From: Longimicrobiales bacterium
GTDB taxonomy: Bacteria; Gemmatimonadota; Gemmatimonadetes; Longimicrobiales; Gaopeijiaceae
Direction of reading: 5' to 3'
Length of the DNA: 64,000 bases
Assembly (NCBI GenBank): GCA_965204735.1
Contig: OZ242008.1
Coordinates: forward strand, 3,904,001 to 3,968,000
The notes beneath the pieces were generated by a model. The model made no database searches, had not been told where the DNA came from, and was given only the letters and a program-made list of their open reading frames with translations. The translations under genes were made by a program, and so were the position numbers. Shown in pieces: positions 9,638-18,994 of the stretch (positions are counted from its first letter, which is position 1; each line of letters starts with the position of its first letter).

Positions 9638-10714
9638 CTACGCCTGGGAAGGCGCGACCGGCAGGCGCTCCACGACGACGATCTCGATCGCGCTTGCCGC
9701 GATGATCCTGTCCGGCAAGACAATCGCATCCATCAGCTCCCTTTTGTAGAGCTCGCCTGGGCGCGCCATCGCGACCCGGTCGTCGCCTTCCCTCGGAACC
9801 GTGAAGGCCAGCAGGTCCTTGCCGACGCTGACGGTCACCCAGAGATCGTCCCCTGCGACTCTGACCCCCGACACCGGTCGGTACGCCATGTCGGGCGGCA
9901 GCTCTTCGAACTCTCCGATGGCTTCGAGCACTTGCGCCGGTACGGCAACGCTCGCGACGTCGATGATCCGTCGCGCCTGGGCGTCGAACGACATCCTCCA
10001 GATCCCCAGGTCGACGCCGTTGCGCACGGCAACGACTTCGTTCGTTCCAGTCCGCACCAGCTGCAACCCCCAGAGGCGTTCCTCGAATTCGTCGGGAACA
10101 AGGTCGAGCTCGACCCCAGGTCCCCCACTCACCGGATGGCCGCCTCGGTCCGACAGATGAAAGAACCGCTCGTCGGGCTGCGAAAGCGTCGGCGGCCCCG
10201 CAACCGGCAACAGCAACCCCGCGTCAACGGGAGCAAAGGTGGTCGCCACGACCCCGGCGTTGGCGAGGCTCAGCGTCTTGCCCACACCGCCGTCCAAGCC
10301 CCACAGCGTTGCTCGAAGACCTTGGGGGTCGAGCACCCACACCCCCTCGGGCGCCGGTTGCAACCCACTGGGGAACTCCATCTCCGCCGGGCCGCTTCCC
10401 TGCCGCCCCATCACACCCAGCAGCCCCCCGTTCAGGTCGAAACGGTAGAGCTTCGCGGCCAGGGCGTCGAGCGCGAAGAAGCTCTGCTGGTCGTGGGCGA
10501 GGGCCAAGTCCACGAGTCCCTCGAAGACGGGTTCGCCTTCGCCGTCGGCGGGCACGGACGCGAGCACTGCTCCCGGCTCGGACTCCTCGTAGGTGAACGT
10601 CTGGACCGCCGACTTCGGCCCGGATACCTCGACATCGGTGGACAGCAGCACCAACACCACCACGGCGGGCAGAAAGAGGAACCCTGTCCAGTAGCGCCAT
10701 GCCGGCTTCATCAT
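9638..10714 (-). CDS. Exported 6-bladed beta-propeller (NHL-like) protein
   Basis: N-terminal hydrophobic segment and GRQGSGPAEM blade motif with repeated beta-strand pattern. Confidence 0.65.
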   Translation of the reverse strand: MMKPAWRYWTGFLFLPAVVVLVLLSTDVEVSGPKSAVQTFTYEESEPGAVLASVPADGEGEPVFEGLVDLALAHDQQSFFALDALAAKLYRFDLNGGLLGVMGRQGSGPAEMEFPSGLQPAPEGVWVLDPQGLRATLWGLDGGVGKTLSLANAGVVATTFAPVDAGLLLPVAGPPTLSQPDERFFHLSDRGGHPVSGGPGVELDLVPDEFEERLWGLQLVRTGTNEVVAVRNGVDLGIWRMSFDAQARRIIDVASVAVPAQVLEAIGEFEELPPDMAYRPVSGVRVAGDDLWVTVSVGKDLLAFTVPREGDDRVAMARPGELYKRELMDAIVLPDRIIAASAIEIVVVERLPVAPSQA

Positions 10715-10825
10715 TTCCTGGCCTCCATGCACGAGGAAGAACGAGAGTCGGTGGCACTCACGATAGTCATGGCCAGCCTCCGCAGCAACGTTAGGACGCG
10801 CGTGCGGTCCTATTCTCGATTGTGC

Positions 10826-11638
10826 TCATCTGTCTTGCGTCTTCTCGACAACGGTCTGCTGTGACGTGAAGTACGACCTAAGCTCACTTAGTGTCTCCGG
10901 TGACGTCGTTTCACAGCGCAGCGGACGACCTTTGTCTAGCAGGAGAATACGATTGCACAGCTCTGTAACACCAACGAGATCGTGGCTCGATAGCAGCACG
11001 GCCGTGCCCTGAGCGACTTTCGCCCGAAGTTTGTCAGCCAGGACTAGTTGCGATGTAGGATCAAGACCCGAAAAGGGCTCGTCTAGCACAAGCAGGCTCG
11101 TCGAGAACATCAAAGCGGATATTAGGCCGATCTTTTTCCTGGTGCCGTGGGACAGGCCTCGAATGTATCCCTGGCCCATGAGAATACTCTCGTCCACTAG
11201 CTCAAGGTGACCGGACAGTAGCTTGTCTACGTGTGAACGCTGCAGTGCATAGAACCCCCCAACAAAATGCAAGAATTCTCGAGGTGTGAGGAAGGTCGGC
11301 AGAAACGCTTCGTCAAGGTATGATCCAACTGCCGTTTTCCACGCTTGTGAACGGTGCACTGGTTCGCCGCATACTTGGACCCGTCCGCGGTCAGGGGCGA
11401 CCAAGTCAAGGACTAGACGAAGGAAGGTAGTCTTCCCGGCTCCGTTGTTACCGACCACCCCAACACAGTCACCTGTATGTACAGCAATGTGGTCGATCGA
11501 AACAGCCACCGTGTTGCCGTAGTTCTTCCTGAGATCCTGAACTTCAACAACAGGCCCACCGCCGGCCGGCCGGCCAGGTCGCACATCGTTGGCACTCTGA
11601 ATCTGGCTGTGAGGCTTCTTGCCGACTCGCTTGGTCAT
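10826..11638 (-). CDS. ABC transporter ATP-binding protein
   Basis: Walker A GNNGAGKT, signature LSHG, Walker B LVLDEPFSGLD and SSH switch. Confidence 0.92.
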   Translation of the reverse strand: MTKRVGKKPHSQIQSANDVRPGRPAGGGPVVEVQDLRKNYGNTVAVSIDHIAVHTGDCVGVVGNNGAGKTTFLRLVLDLVAPDRGRVQVCGEPVHRSQAWKTAVGSYLDEAFLPTFLTPREFLHFVGGFYALQRSHVDKLLSGHLELVDESILMGQGYIRGLSHGTRKKIGLISALMFSTSLLVLDEPFSGLDPTSQLVLADKLRAKVAQGTAVLLSSHDLVGVTELCNRILLLDKGRPLRCETTSPETLSELRSYFTSQQTVVEKTQDR

Positions 11639-11716
11639 GATCCTGTCTTCCGTGGTCAGTTGGAGGCGAGCGAGAATACTGTAGGCTAACCATTTCGCTG
11701 TGGGCCCGCAAGTGAT

Positions 11717-11797
11717 GTAGATCGTCCTCCGACTCACGCCGACGCGACGTGCGATCTTCGCCTTCATCGTCCCCGGGTCAAGATAGTGTCGCAACAT
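11717..11797 (-). mobile_element. Remnant of an IS21-family transposase (IstA) N-terminal HTH
   Basis: MLRHYLDPGTMKAKIARRVGVSRRTIY resembles IstA N-termini. No DDE domain follows. Confidence 0.55.
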
Positions 11798-11828
11798 CCT
11801 CAAAGCGGTCCACGATGTAGCCGACATC

Positions 11829-13322
11829 CTACATCGTGCGAAACCCGCCGGACATATCGTATCGTCGGTGCTCTGCACACCTGACAATGTACTTGGTCCA
11901 CAAGCCACCACACGCGATTCCAGTCAAGCCAACTAGTCCTATGATGGTTGCGTATAGGTGCGTAAAGCCGACCAAGAACGGTGCAATTAGGACTAATCCG
12001 GTGCAAGCGTTTATCAGTAATGGCCGAGCCACAATCGCCCCCTCCATGCTGAATGAACTTGCTGCAATGTCGAACCTTGCCGTCTCGAAGGTGCCTGTCA
12101 GTGCATAGCTGTAGTTTGCTACTCCAATGGCATATACTCCAGTCGCCAATGTCCATATCAGTGATTGTGGATACCAAACCAGAGCTAAGACGATTGTGGC
12201 TGCAAACACACCGATTGTGCAGAGAATGCCGAGGAGGACGGCGGACCTAACTCCACTTCGGAGACCATTCGGCCATACCATCATGCCATCAAAGAAGGTG
12301 CTGTACAGTCTTAGTGAATGACCGGTGTACCCCAGTCCGGCAGCGATGATCAGTGAGCTTTGACCAAGAACCGTAAACATCCTCGTGTCCGTTCCAAAGC
12401 CGACAGCAGACAGAAACATGCCCAGCAACCCATAAACGCCCACTGCTGTCAGTAAATGCCGTGCTCGTGGATTCCTCAGAAGCAAGCGCTTTTGCAGTTG
12501 CAACATCGCTTGCCAAGGTCTGGAGGAGAAGTACGACGACGATACGACTCTTGCCGTCGCATCTCGCGTGTCCACCTGCAGTACAGCCTCAATGCGCCGC
12601 AACACCATCATTGACGCCAGGCTAGCCAGGACAACAGTCACGAGAATCGACCATCGGCCAGAGTAGCTCACGAGATAGAGGCTCGTAAGCACAGAACCCG
12701 AGATTGTTGTTGCCCACACTAGTGCCAAGAGAGGTTCCGTGGTTTGGACGTTCCGTGTGCGTACGGCTACGCCCAGCAACCAACTCGATAGGTACAACAG
12801 GATCGCAGCAACAAGCCAAGCTAGTGCTTCCAGCAGGGGCTGGAGTGTGTAGATATTGAACCACCACAGGACTACAAGAAATACACCGATGATGAAGTTG
12901 GACGGGTGCGCGGCTTTTGTGGCCAACGCGACGACAGCTATCGCACGACGCGATACGGGAACAGTCAGTAGTAGAGGCATGGCTGTCGCGGGCAATTGAA
13001 ACGCAGCATTGTGCAACACGCCGCCGACGACGCACGTCAGTATCCACGCAGTTGCTGGCACATAGACACCGGCAGGAAGGCCCAACAAAGCACGACCGAT
13101 CGGCTGCACATGATACGCAACCAGTACTGACATCACACACAACCAGAGACCAAGTGCAGTGCGAAGTACACCCTCGACGGCGCGCTCCGCAAGGCTGACT
13201 TGTCGAGCACTTCGCTTGATTCCGAGAATCAGCATTGACCACCACATTCGTGCCGTGGAGCCCGTGCGAGCCGATTTGCCGTACGAGGCGTGAGTAACGG
13301 TGTTCCAGATCACTCTCGGCAT
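11829..13322 (-). CDS. Multi-pass membrane protein, probable ABC exporter permease (DUF5687-like)
   Basis: About 12 hydrophobic segments, LQLQKRLLLRNPRAR motif, and adjacency to the ABC ATPase. Family name from recall. Start may be the internal MWWSM. Confidence 0.65.
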   Translation of the reverse strand: MPRVIWNTVTHASYGKSARTGSTARMWWSMLILGIKRSARQVSLAERAVEGVLRTALGLWLCVMSVLVAYHVQPIGRALLGLPAGVYVPATAWILTCVVGGVLHNAAFQLPATAMPLLLTVPVSRRAIAVVALATKAAHPSNFIIGVFLVVLWWFNIYTLQPLLEALAWLVAAILLYLSSWLLGVAVRTRNVQTTEPLLALVWATTISGSVLTSLYLVSYSGRWSILVTVVLASLASMMVLRRIEAVLQVDTRDATARVVSSSYFSSRPWQAMLQLQKRLLLRNPRARHLLTAVGVYGLLGMFLSAVGFGTDTRMFTVLGQSSLIIAAGLGYTGHSLRLYSTFFDGMMVWPNGLRSGVRSAVLLGILCTIGVFAATIVLALVWYPQSLIWTLATGVYAIGVANYSYALTGTFETARFDIAASSFSMEGAIVARPLLINACTGLVLIAPFLVGFTHLYATIIGLVGLTGIACGGLWTKYIVRCAEHRRYDMSGGFRTM

Positions 13323-13328
13323 GGTCTA

Positions 13329-14648
13329 TCACAAACGGCGAGGAGGCTCGTTACCAGGGCCTGATTCATCCAGCACGGCGGTAGACGGCCTCGCCCTGAG
13401 CCACCGTACAATTTCCTTCAAGGTGGGGCGTTTGCCCTGCATGAGCGTACCGGTCTGGTAGAGGCGACCAGCTGTCCATGCCGTTCCAATCGTCGCAAAC
13501 GCCATCAGGACTAGAGACAGCATTGGCATCCAGGCGGGAACGGTGCCAGCAACAACTCTTGGGAACATCAGAATCGGCGTGAAGAACGGAAACAAAGCCA
13601 GCCAGTTCAGCCATTCTGCGTCAGGCCCGTTCATGCTGGCCGTCTGCAGGCCAAACGCTATGGCAGTGAACATAATGACAGGCATCTGGAGCTGCTGGGC
13701 ATCCTCCTCCTTGTCGCAGATCGCACCCACCGCCGCGTACAAGCCCGAGTACAGAAGATAACCCAGCACCACAAACGCCAGAAATTGGACAAGTATTCCC
13801 GCGCCAGGCAAGAACGAGAGAATCTGCTGGGTATCCACCACCGAGATACGAACAGCCACAAGAGGAAGGCCGACCACGCCAAGAAGAACAGCGCACGCAA
13901 GCCATATCCCCAACTGAGTTAGCCCCATGGCGCCCACACCCATCATTTTCCCGAGCAGAAGCCGCCAGGGCCGGACCGACACAATTACCACCTCGGCCAC
14001 GCGGTTGGCCCTTTCGCTCATCACGGACATTAGCACGGCCGTGCCGTAAAACGTTGTAGACATGAAGAGTAGAAAGGCCCCGCCAAGGCCAAGCAGTTTT
14101 ATCCTGGTTGAGAGTGATGCGCTGTCCGCAACTCCCTCTCGGTCGACCGGCTGGAAGACGAGCCTGCCGTCATTGAGGAGATCATGCCGGTCCTCCGGGA
14201 TTGCGGCATGGGACGAGCGAGCGGCTGAGGCGGCCTCCGCCACTATTCGCTTCACGAGGGCCCCCAAGACGCGATCTGGCTCGTTTTTGCTACGGTATAT
14301 GAAGGTGCCTTGGGATGCAGTCACATTGTCCAGCATCAGGTACGCTACGATCTCGTCGTCGACCAGGCGCCGGTTCAGCTCTGCCACCGCAACCCCTGAC
14401 GGCTCCGCAAGCTCTATGGAGAAGCCGACCGCTCCCAGTCCTTCGGCCACTGACGTACCCAGCGTCCTTGTGTAGTCCACAATGGCCATTTCCGGTTCGG
14501 ACTGTTCCAAGCGCGTACCCATGAAGAGGCTGAAGGCCATCAGGCCCACCATGATCAGCGGGACAATCAGCGTCGTGATGATGAACCCCTTGGTCCGCAC
14601 CCGTTCCAAGTACTCCCTCCGAACGACTGCCCAGACTTGGTTCATCAT
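13329..14648 (-). CDS. ABC-2 type permease (NatB/YhaP-like)
   Basis: REYLERVRTKGFIITT, SERANRVAEV, LLLGKMMG, LYAAVGA, PFFTPILMFPR and GKRPTLKEIVRW. Confidence 0.9.
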   Translation of the reverse strand: MMNQVWAVVRREYLERVRTKGFIITTLIVPLIMVGLMAFSLFMGTRLEQSEPEMAIVDYTRTLGTSVAEGLGAVGFSIELAEPSGVAVAELNRRLVDDEIVAYLMLDNVTASQGTFIYRSKNEPDRVLGALVKRIVAEAASAARSSHAAIPEDRHDLLNDGRLVFQPVDREGVADSASLSTRIKLLGLGGAFLLFMSTTFYGTAVLMSVMSERANRVAEVVIVSVRPWRLLLGKMMGVGAMGLTQLGIWLACAVLLGVVGLPLVAVRISVVDTQQILSFLPGAGILVQFLAFVVLGYLLYSGLYAAVGAICDKEEDAQQLQMPVIMFTAIAFGLQTASMNGPDAEWLNWLALFPFFTPILMFPRVVAGTVPAWMPMLSLVLMAFATIGTAWTAGRLYQTGTLMQGKRPTLKEIVRWLRARPSTAVLDESGPGNEPPRRL

Positions 14649-15321
14649 TGCTCTCCGTTCACGTGACGCACAAAGATGTCATGCAGACGGGGCTCCAGTA
14701 CCTCGAAGTATCGAAGCGCTGCATCGTTGTCAGCGGCTGTCGCCAGCACTTCGCCGTGGCTCGCGCCCGGACGCAGCGACAGGTGCAGCGCGTCGCCGAC
14801 TTCCTGCACCGTGGCCACGCCCGGCCACGTGATGGTGGGCGGCGGCCCGTCGAACTCCACGGCCACCACTCCCGACCGCTCTTGCCGCTTCATCTCCTTC
14901 AGGTCCCCGTCCAGCACCTTGCGCGCCTTCGAGATCAGGCACACCCGCTCGCAGAGGCCCAGCCGCTCCAGCCACACCAGCGCCCGCCTACGGACGTCCC
15001 ACCGCTTCAAGCCCCTGATCTCCCCAGGAAGACCAGCTGGTCCACCACCTTCATCTTCTCGTAGACCCCGCGCTCCTCGGGGAGGTAGCCCACCCGGCTC
15101 CGCCGTGCGAAGTCGGGGACGCCTCCGAAAAGCTCCACCGAGCCATGGTCGGGGAGGAGGATGCCCATGATCATGCGGATCGTGGTCGTCTTGCCCGACC
15201 CGTCGGGTCCCAGCAGGCCGTAGATCGAGCCCTTGGGGATCTCGAGGTCGAACTCCGAGACGGCCGTGTGGGTTCCGAACGTCTTGGTGGCTCCGGAAAG
15301 GCGCGCTGCCAGTTGGTTCAC
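14645..15321 (-). pseudogene. Decayed NatA/YhaQ-like ABC ATPase (frameshift plus internal deletion)
   Basis: Walker A and GYLPEERG are in one frame. A frameshift in the G-run near 15022-15025 leads to EIRGLK...WLERLGL|CERVCLISK...EPRLHDIF. The ABC signature, Walker B and H-loop are absent. Confidence 0.8.
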
Positions 15322-15692
15322 GTGGCGGGTGTCTACTACTAGTGGGCGAGGGAATCGGTCCTTCGTGGCCTGCTGACGAACCAAGATCGCCGATTGGTCA
15401 CCCATGTTCCATAGCCGTATTTGTCGTTTTCCATGTCTGATTTGTTGTTTGCCGACACACCACGCGAACAGCCTGCTCGGTCGATGGCCGTCCCCCCTCC
15501 AACTCATCCTGGACCCTTCTCCTCCCGCGCTCCAGCCGTCCGACGCTCCATGCCCTCCTGTGTGCCCCCGCGCCCGGCCAACCCCCGGACCTCGCGGCCG
15601 CTTCGGAGCACGTCCGCCTCCGGGTTGACCGGCCTTCGCCGACTGTGGTACGGTGGCAGGGTCCCCGCGACCCGATCAGGTGCCGCAGCGCT

Positions 15693-18410
15693 ATGGCCAA
15701 GTCCCGACCTCGCGGCGGAGAGACGCCGCTCATGCGCCAATGGCGCGAGATCAAGTCCAAGCACCGGGACGCCCTCGTGTTCTTCAGGGTAGGCGACTTC
15801 TACGAGATGTTCGCCGACGACGCCGAGGAGGGGTCCCGCCTTCTCGGGCTCACTCTCACCAGCCGCAACAACGGGGCCGCGGGCCGAGTTCCCCTGGCCG
15901 GAGTGCCCGTCAAGGCCCTGGACGAGTACCTGGCCCGCCTCGTCAAGCTCGGACGCCGGGTCGCGATCTGCGAGCAGATGGAGGAGGCCAAGTCCTCCAA
16001 GAAGATCGTGCGGCGCAAGGTCGTGGAGACGGTCACGCCCGGCACCGTCCTCTCGGGGCAGCTCCTGGAAGCCAAGCGCAACAACTACGTGGCCGCGCTG
16101 GCGTTCGGCGACGGGCCGGGAGCCGGACTGGCCGGACCGGGAGGGTCGCCCGGAGCCGGGCTGGCCGACCGGGGGAGGTCGCCGGGAGAGCCCTCCCTGC
16201 CAGTTGGCGTGGCCGCCGTCGACGTGTCCACCGGGGAGACGACCGTGGTCGGCGCCGTTCTCGGCGAGCTGGAGGAAGTGTTGGCCCGCTTCGAGCCCCG
16301 GGAGGTCCTGGCGCCGGAGTCCGGCCAAGCGCTCCTGTCCCTTGCAGGGCGCGCGCAGGAAGCGACGGGCGGTCCGACAGCCGCGGGCGTCGTCTTCACC
16401 GTCCGCCCGGACTGGACGTTCGAAGAGGAGACCGCCCGCGACGAGCTGGTGCGCCGCTATCGGGTCCAGTCCCTCGACGGCTTCGGGTTCGAGCCCGGCG
16501 ACGGCCTCCTGATCCGCGCCGCCGGCGCCCTCGTCGCGTACGTGGCGGAGATCCGCCCGGGCGCTTCCGACCACCTCTTGGCGCCCAGGGTGCTGCGCCC
16601 CGGCTCGGTCATGACCCTGGACTCCATGACCCGCCGCAACCTGGAGCTGGTGGAGCCGCTGCGCCCCGGCGAAGGCGACGCCTCCCTCCTCTCGGTGCTC
16701 GACACGACCAAGACGCCCATGGGCGCCCGCCTTCTCCGTTCGTGGCTGCTGGCGCCGCTGGTGGACGCCGACGCGATCCGCCGCCGGCAAGGAGGCGTGG
16801 CCGAGCTCGTCGACGATCCCGCTTCCCGCGCGGCCCTCCGCGCGGCGCTCGCCCGGGTTCGCGACCTGGATCGGCTGGCCACGCGCATCGGGGCGGGACG
16901 GGGCTCCCCCAGGGACGTGCTGGGGCTGGGCGCCTCCGCGCAACAGGTCCCCGCCTTGTCGGAAGCCGGCGAGAGACTGCGCGGCGACGCCCTGCGGACA
17001 CTCTTCGACGGCCTGGACGCGCTGGAGGACGTGGAGGCGCTGGTGGCCGAAGCGATCTCGGAGGACGCGCCCGCGACCCTGGCCGAGGGCGGCGTGATCC
17101 GGGAGGGCTTCAGCAAGGAGCTGGACGACCTCCGCAACGTCCGCGACGGCGCGCAGGAGTTCATCGCCGGCCTCCAGACCCGGGAGCGGGAGAACACCGG
17201 AATCGCGTCTCTTCGGGTCGGCTTCAACAAGCCCTTCGGCTACTACCTGGAAGTCACCAAGCCCAACCTTCCCCGGGTTCCCCAGCACTTCATCCGGAAG
17301 CAGACCCTCACGGGGGCCGAGCGCTTCTTCACCCCCGAGCTCAAGGAGTGGGAGGAGAAGGTGTTCGGCGCCGAAGAACGGATCGCCCAGGTGGAAGAAT
17401 CGCTCTTCCATCGGGTGCGCAAGGAGCTGGCCGGAGCCGTTCCCCGCATGCAGCGGACCAGCCGCCGGCTGGCCGAGCTGGACGCCACCGCCGCCTTGGC
17501 CGAAGTCGCCGAGAGCCGAGGCTACGTGCTTCCCGAGATCGCCGGGGGGTTCGCCTTCGACACGACCGCCGGCCGCCACCCCGTCGTCGAGACGATGATG
17601 CCCCCCGAGGACTTCATCCCCAACGACCTGCGCCTGGACGAGGAAGGGCGGATCGCGATCCTGACCGGCCCCAACATGGCCGGCAAGAGCACGGTGCTGC
17701 GCCAGACCGGCCTCCTTCAGATCATGGCGCAGATGGGGTCGTTCGTTCCCGCCGAGCGCGCGCGCCTGGCAGTGTGCGACCGGGTGTTCACTCGGGTCGG
17801 GGCTTCCGACAGCTTGGCCCGGGGCCAGTCCACCTTCATGGTGGAGATGAACGAGACGGCGTCGATCATCCACGGCGCCACGGAGCGGAGCCTGGTCCTG
17901 CTGGACGAGATCGGACGGGGAACCTCCACCTACGACGGCGTGTCGATTGCGTGGGCGGTCACCGAGCACCTTCACGAGCGGGTGGGCGCCAAGACCGTCT
18001 TCGCCACCCACTACCACGAACTCACCCAGCTGGGCGACCTTCTTCCATGCGTGAAGAACTTGAACGTGGCCGTCCGCGAATCCGGCGACGACATCGTCTT
18101 CCTGCGACGGCTCGAGGCGGGAGGCGCCGACCGCTCGTACGGCATCCAGGTGGCGCGCCTGGCGGGGTTTCCGCCCGAGCTGCTTGCCCGGGCAAGGGGA
18201 CTGCTGGCCGAGCTGGAAGGGACCCACTCGAGCGGCGGCAGGGGGCTGGGGCGGGGCCGCCACGCGCCGAAGACGCCGGCGGACGAGCAGATTCCCCTCT
18301 TCGATCCGGAGCATCCCGTGCTGGACCGCCTTCGCTCGCTGGACCCCGACCGCATGACGCCCATGGAGGCGCTGGCCGCCCTCCACTCGCTTCGGGAGAT
18401 GACCGAGTGA
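15693..18410 (+). CDS. mutS: DNA mismatch repair protein MutS
   Basis: TPLMRQW, FFRVGDFYEMF, TGPNMAGKST, STFMVEM, DEIGRGT, FATHYHEL and SYGIQVA. Confidence 0.97.
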   Translation: MAKSRPRGGETPLMRQWREIKSKHRDALVFFRVGDFYEMFADDAEEGSRLLGLTLTSRNNGAAGRVPLAGVPVKALDEYLARLVKLGRRVAICEQMEEAKSSKKIVRRKVVETVTPGTVLSGQLLEAKRNNYVAALAFGDGPGAGLAGPGGSPGAGLADRGRSPGEPSLPVGVAAVDVSTGETTVVGAVLGELEEVLARFEPREVLAPESGQALLSLAGRAQEATGGPTAAGVVFTVRPDWTFEEETARDELVRRYRVQSLDGFGFEPGDGLLIRAAGALVAYVAEIRPGASDHLLAPRVLRPGSVMTLDSMTRRNLELVEPLRPGEGDASLLSVLDTTKTPMGARLLRSWLLAPLVDADAIRRRQGGVAELVDDPASRAALRAALARVRDLDRLATRIGAGRGSPRDVLGLGASAQQVPALSEAGERLRGDALRTLFDGLDALEDVEALVAEAISEDAPATLAEGGVIREGFSKELDDLRNVRDGAQEFIAGLQTRERENTGIASLRVGFNKPFGYYLEVTKPNLPRVPQHFIRKQTLTGAERFFTPELKEWEEKVFGAEERIAQVEESLFHRVRKELAGAVPRMQRTSRRLAELDATAALAEVAESRGYVLPEIAGGFAFDTTAGRHPVVETMMPPEDFIPNDLRLDEEGRIAILTGPNMAGKSTVLRQTGLLQIMAQMGSFVPAERARLAVCDRVFTRVGASDSLARGQSTFMVEMNETASIIHGATERSLVLLDEIGRGTSTYDGVSIAWAVTEHLHERVGAKTVFATHYHELTQLGDLLPCVKNLNVAVRESGDDIVFLRRLEAGGADRSYGIQVARLAGFPPELLARARGLLAELEGTHSSGGRGLGRGRHAPKTPADEQIPLFDPEHPVLDRLRSLDPDRMTPMEALAALHSLREMTE
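16116..16187 (+). repeat. In-frame imperfect 33-nt tandem duplication inside mutS
   Basis: ccgggagccggactggccggaccgggagggtcg / cccggagccgggctggccgaccgggggaggtcg / ccggga, encoding PGAGLAGPGGS-PGAGLADRGRS-PG. Confidence 0.8.
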
Positions 18411-18994
18411 GCCCAGGAGACGGCCGAGCAAGTCCGGGAGACGGCCGAGCGAGACGGGATCGGCGCGCGCGGAAAGACGGCGGAGCGAAAGATCGACGGC
18501 TTCGCGGCGTATTCGTGGTCGCCGGGCGGCGGCGCAGCGCCTTCGCTGGTCCGGCTCGGGCGGGCGGAGAGGCGGCGACGTTCGTTCTCCTCCTGGCGAC
18601 GGCGACGCTTTCGACCGCGTGCGGCGCCGACGACGTGGAGAAGCCGGTGCCTCGCTTCGACGAAAGCCCGGTGGAGTATCCCCTGGAGCTTTGGGCCGAC
18701 GGCGTCGAGGGGAACGCCCTGGTTCGGGTCCTGGTAAACGAGGAGGGACGGGTGGACAGCGCGACGATCGCCGAGAGCAGCGGGCACCCGGTGCTCGACT
18801 CCGCCGCCGTGGCCGGGGCCAAGGCCATGGAGTTCGACCCGGCCCTGAAGGACGGGGAGCCGATCGAGGCATGGGCCCACGTGCCCATCGATTTCTCGAA
18901 GCCGGCGCCCGAGAGCGACACCGCGACGGAGGCGGCGCGGCCGCTCGCCGCGGGCTCCCCGGTCGGCGGAAGCGGCGGGAGGGGAGCGACTTGA
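18407..18994 (+). CDS. TonB C-terminal domain protein (possible lipoprotein)
   Basis: YPLELWADGVEG.ALVRVLVNEEGRV...SSGHPVLDSAAV...F.PA...VPIDF, preceded by a hydrophobic stretch ending LSTAC. Confidence 0.82.
   Translation: MSPGDGRASPGDGRARRDRRARKDGGAKDRRLRGVFVVAGRRRSAFAGPARAGGEAATFVLLLATATLSTACGADDVEKPVPRFDESPVEYPLELWADGVEGNALVRVLVNEEGRVDSATIAESSGHPVLDSAAVAGAKAMEFDPALKDGEPIEAWAHVPIDFSKPAPESDTATEAARPLAAGSPVGGSGGRGAT

Noticed and set aside
15339..15434. Small minus-strand ORF MENDKYGYGTWVTNRRSWFVSRPRRTDSLAH as a RiPP precursor for the ABC island
   Set aside because: No RBS, no recognisable leader motif, and no modifying enzyme nearby.
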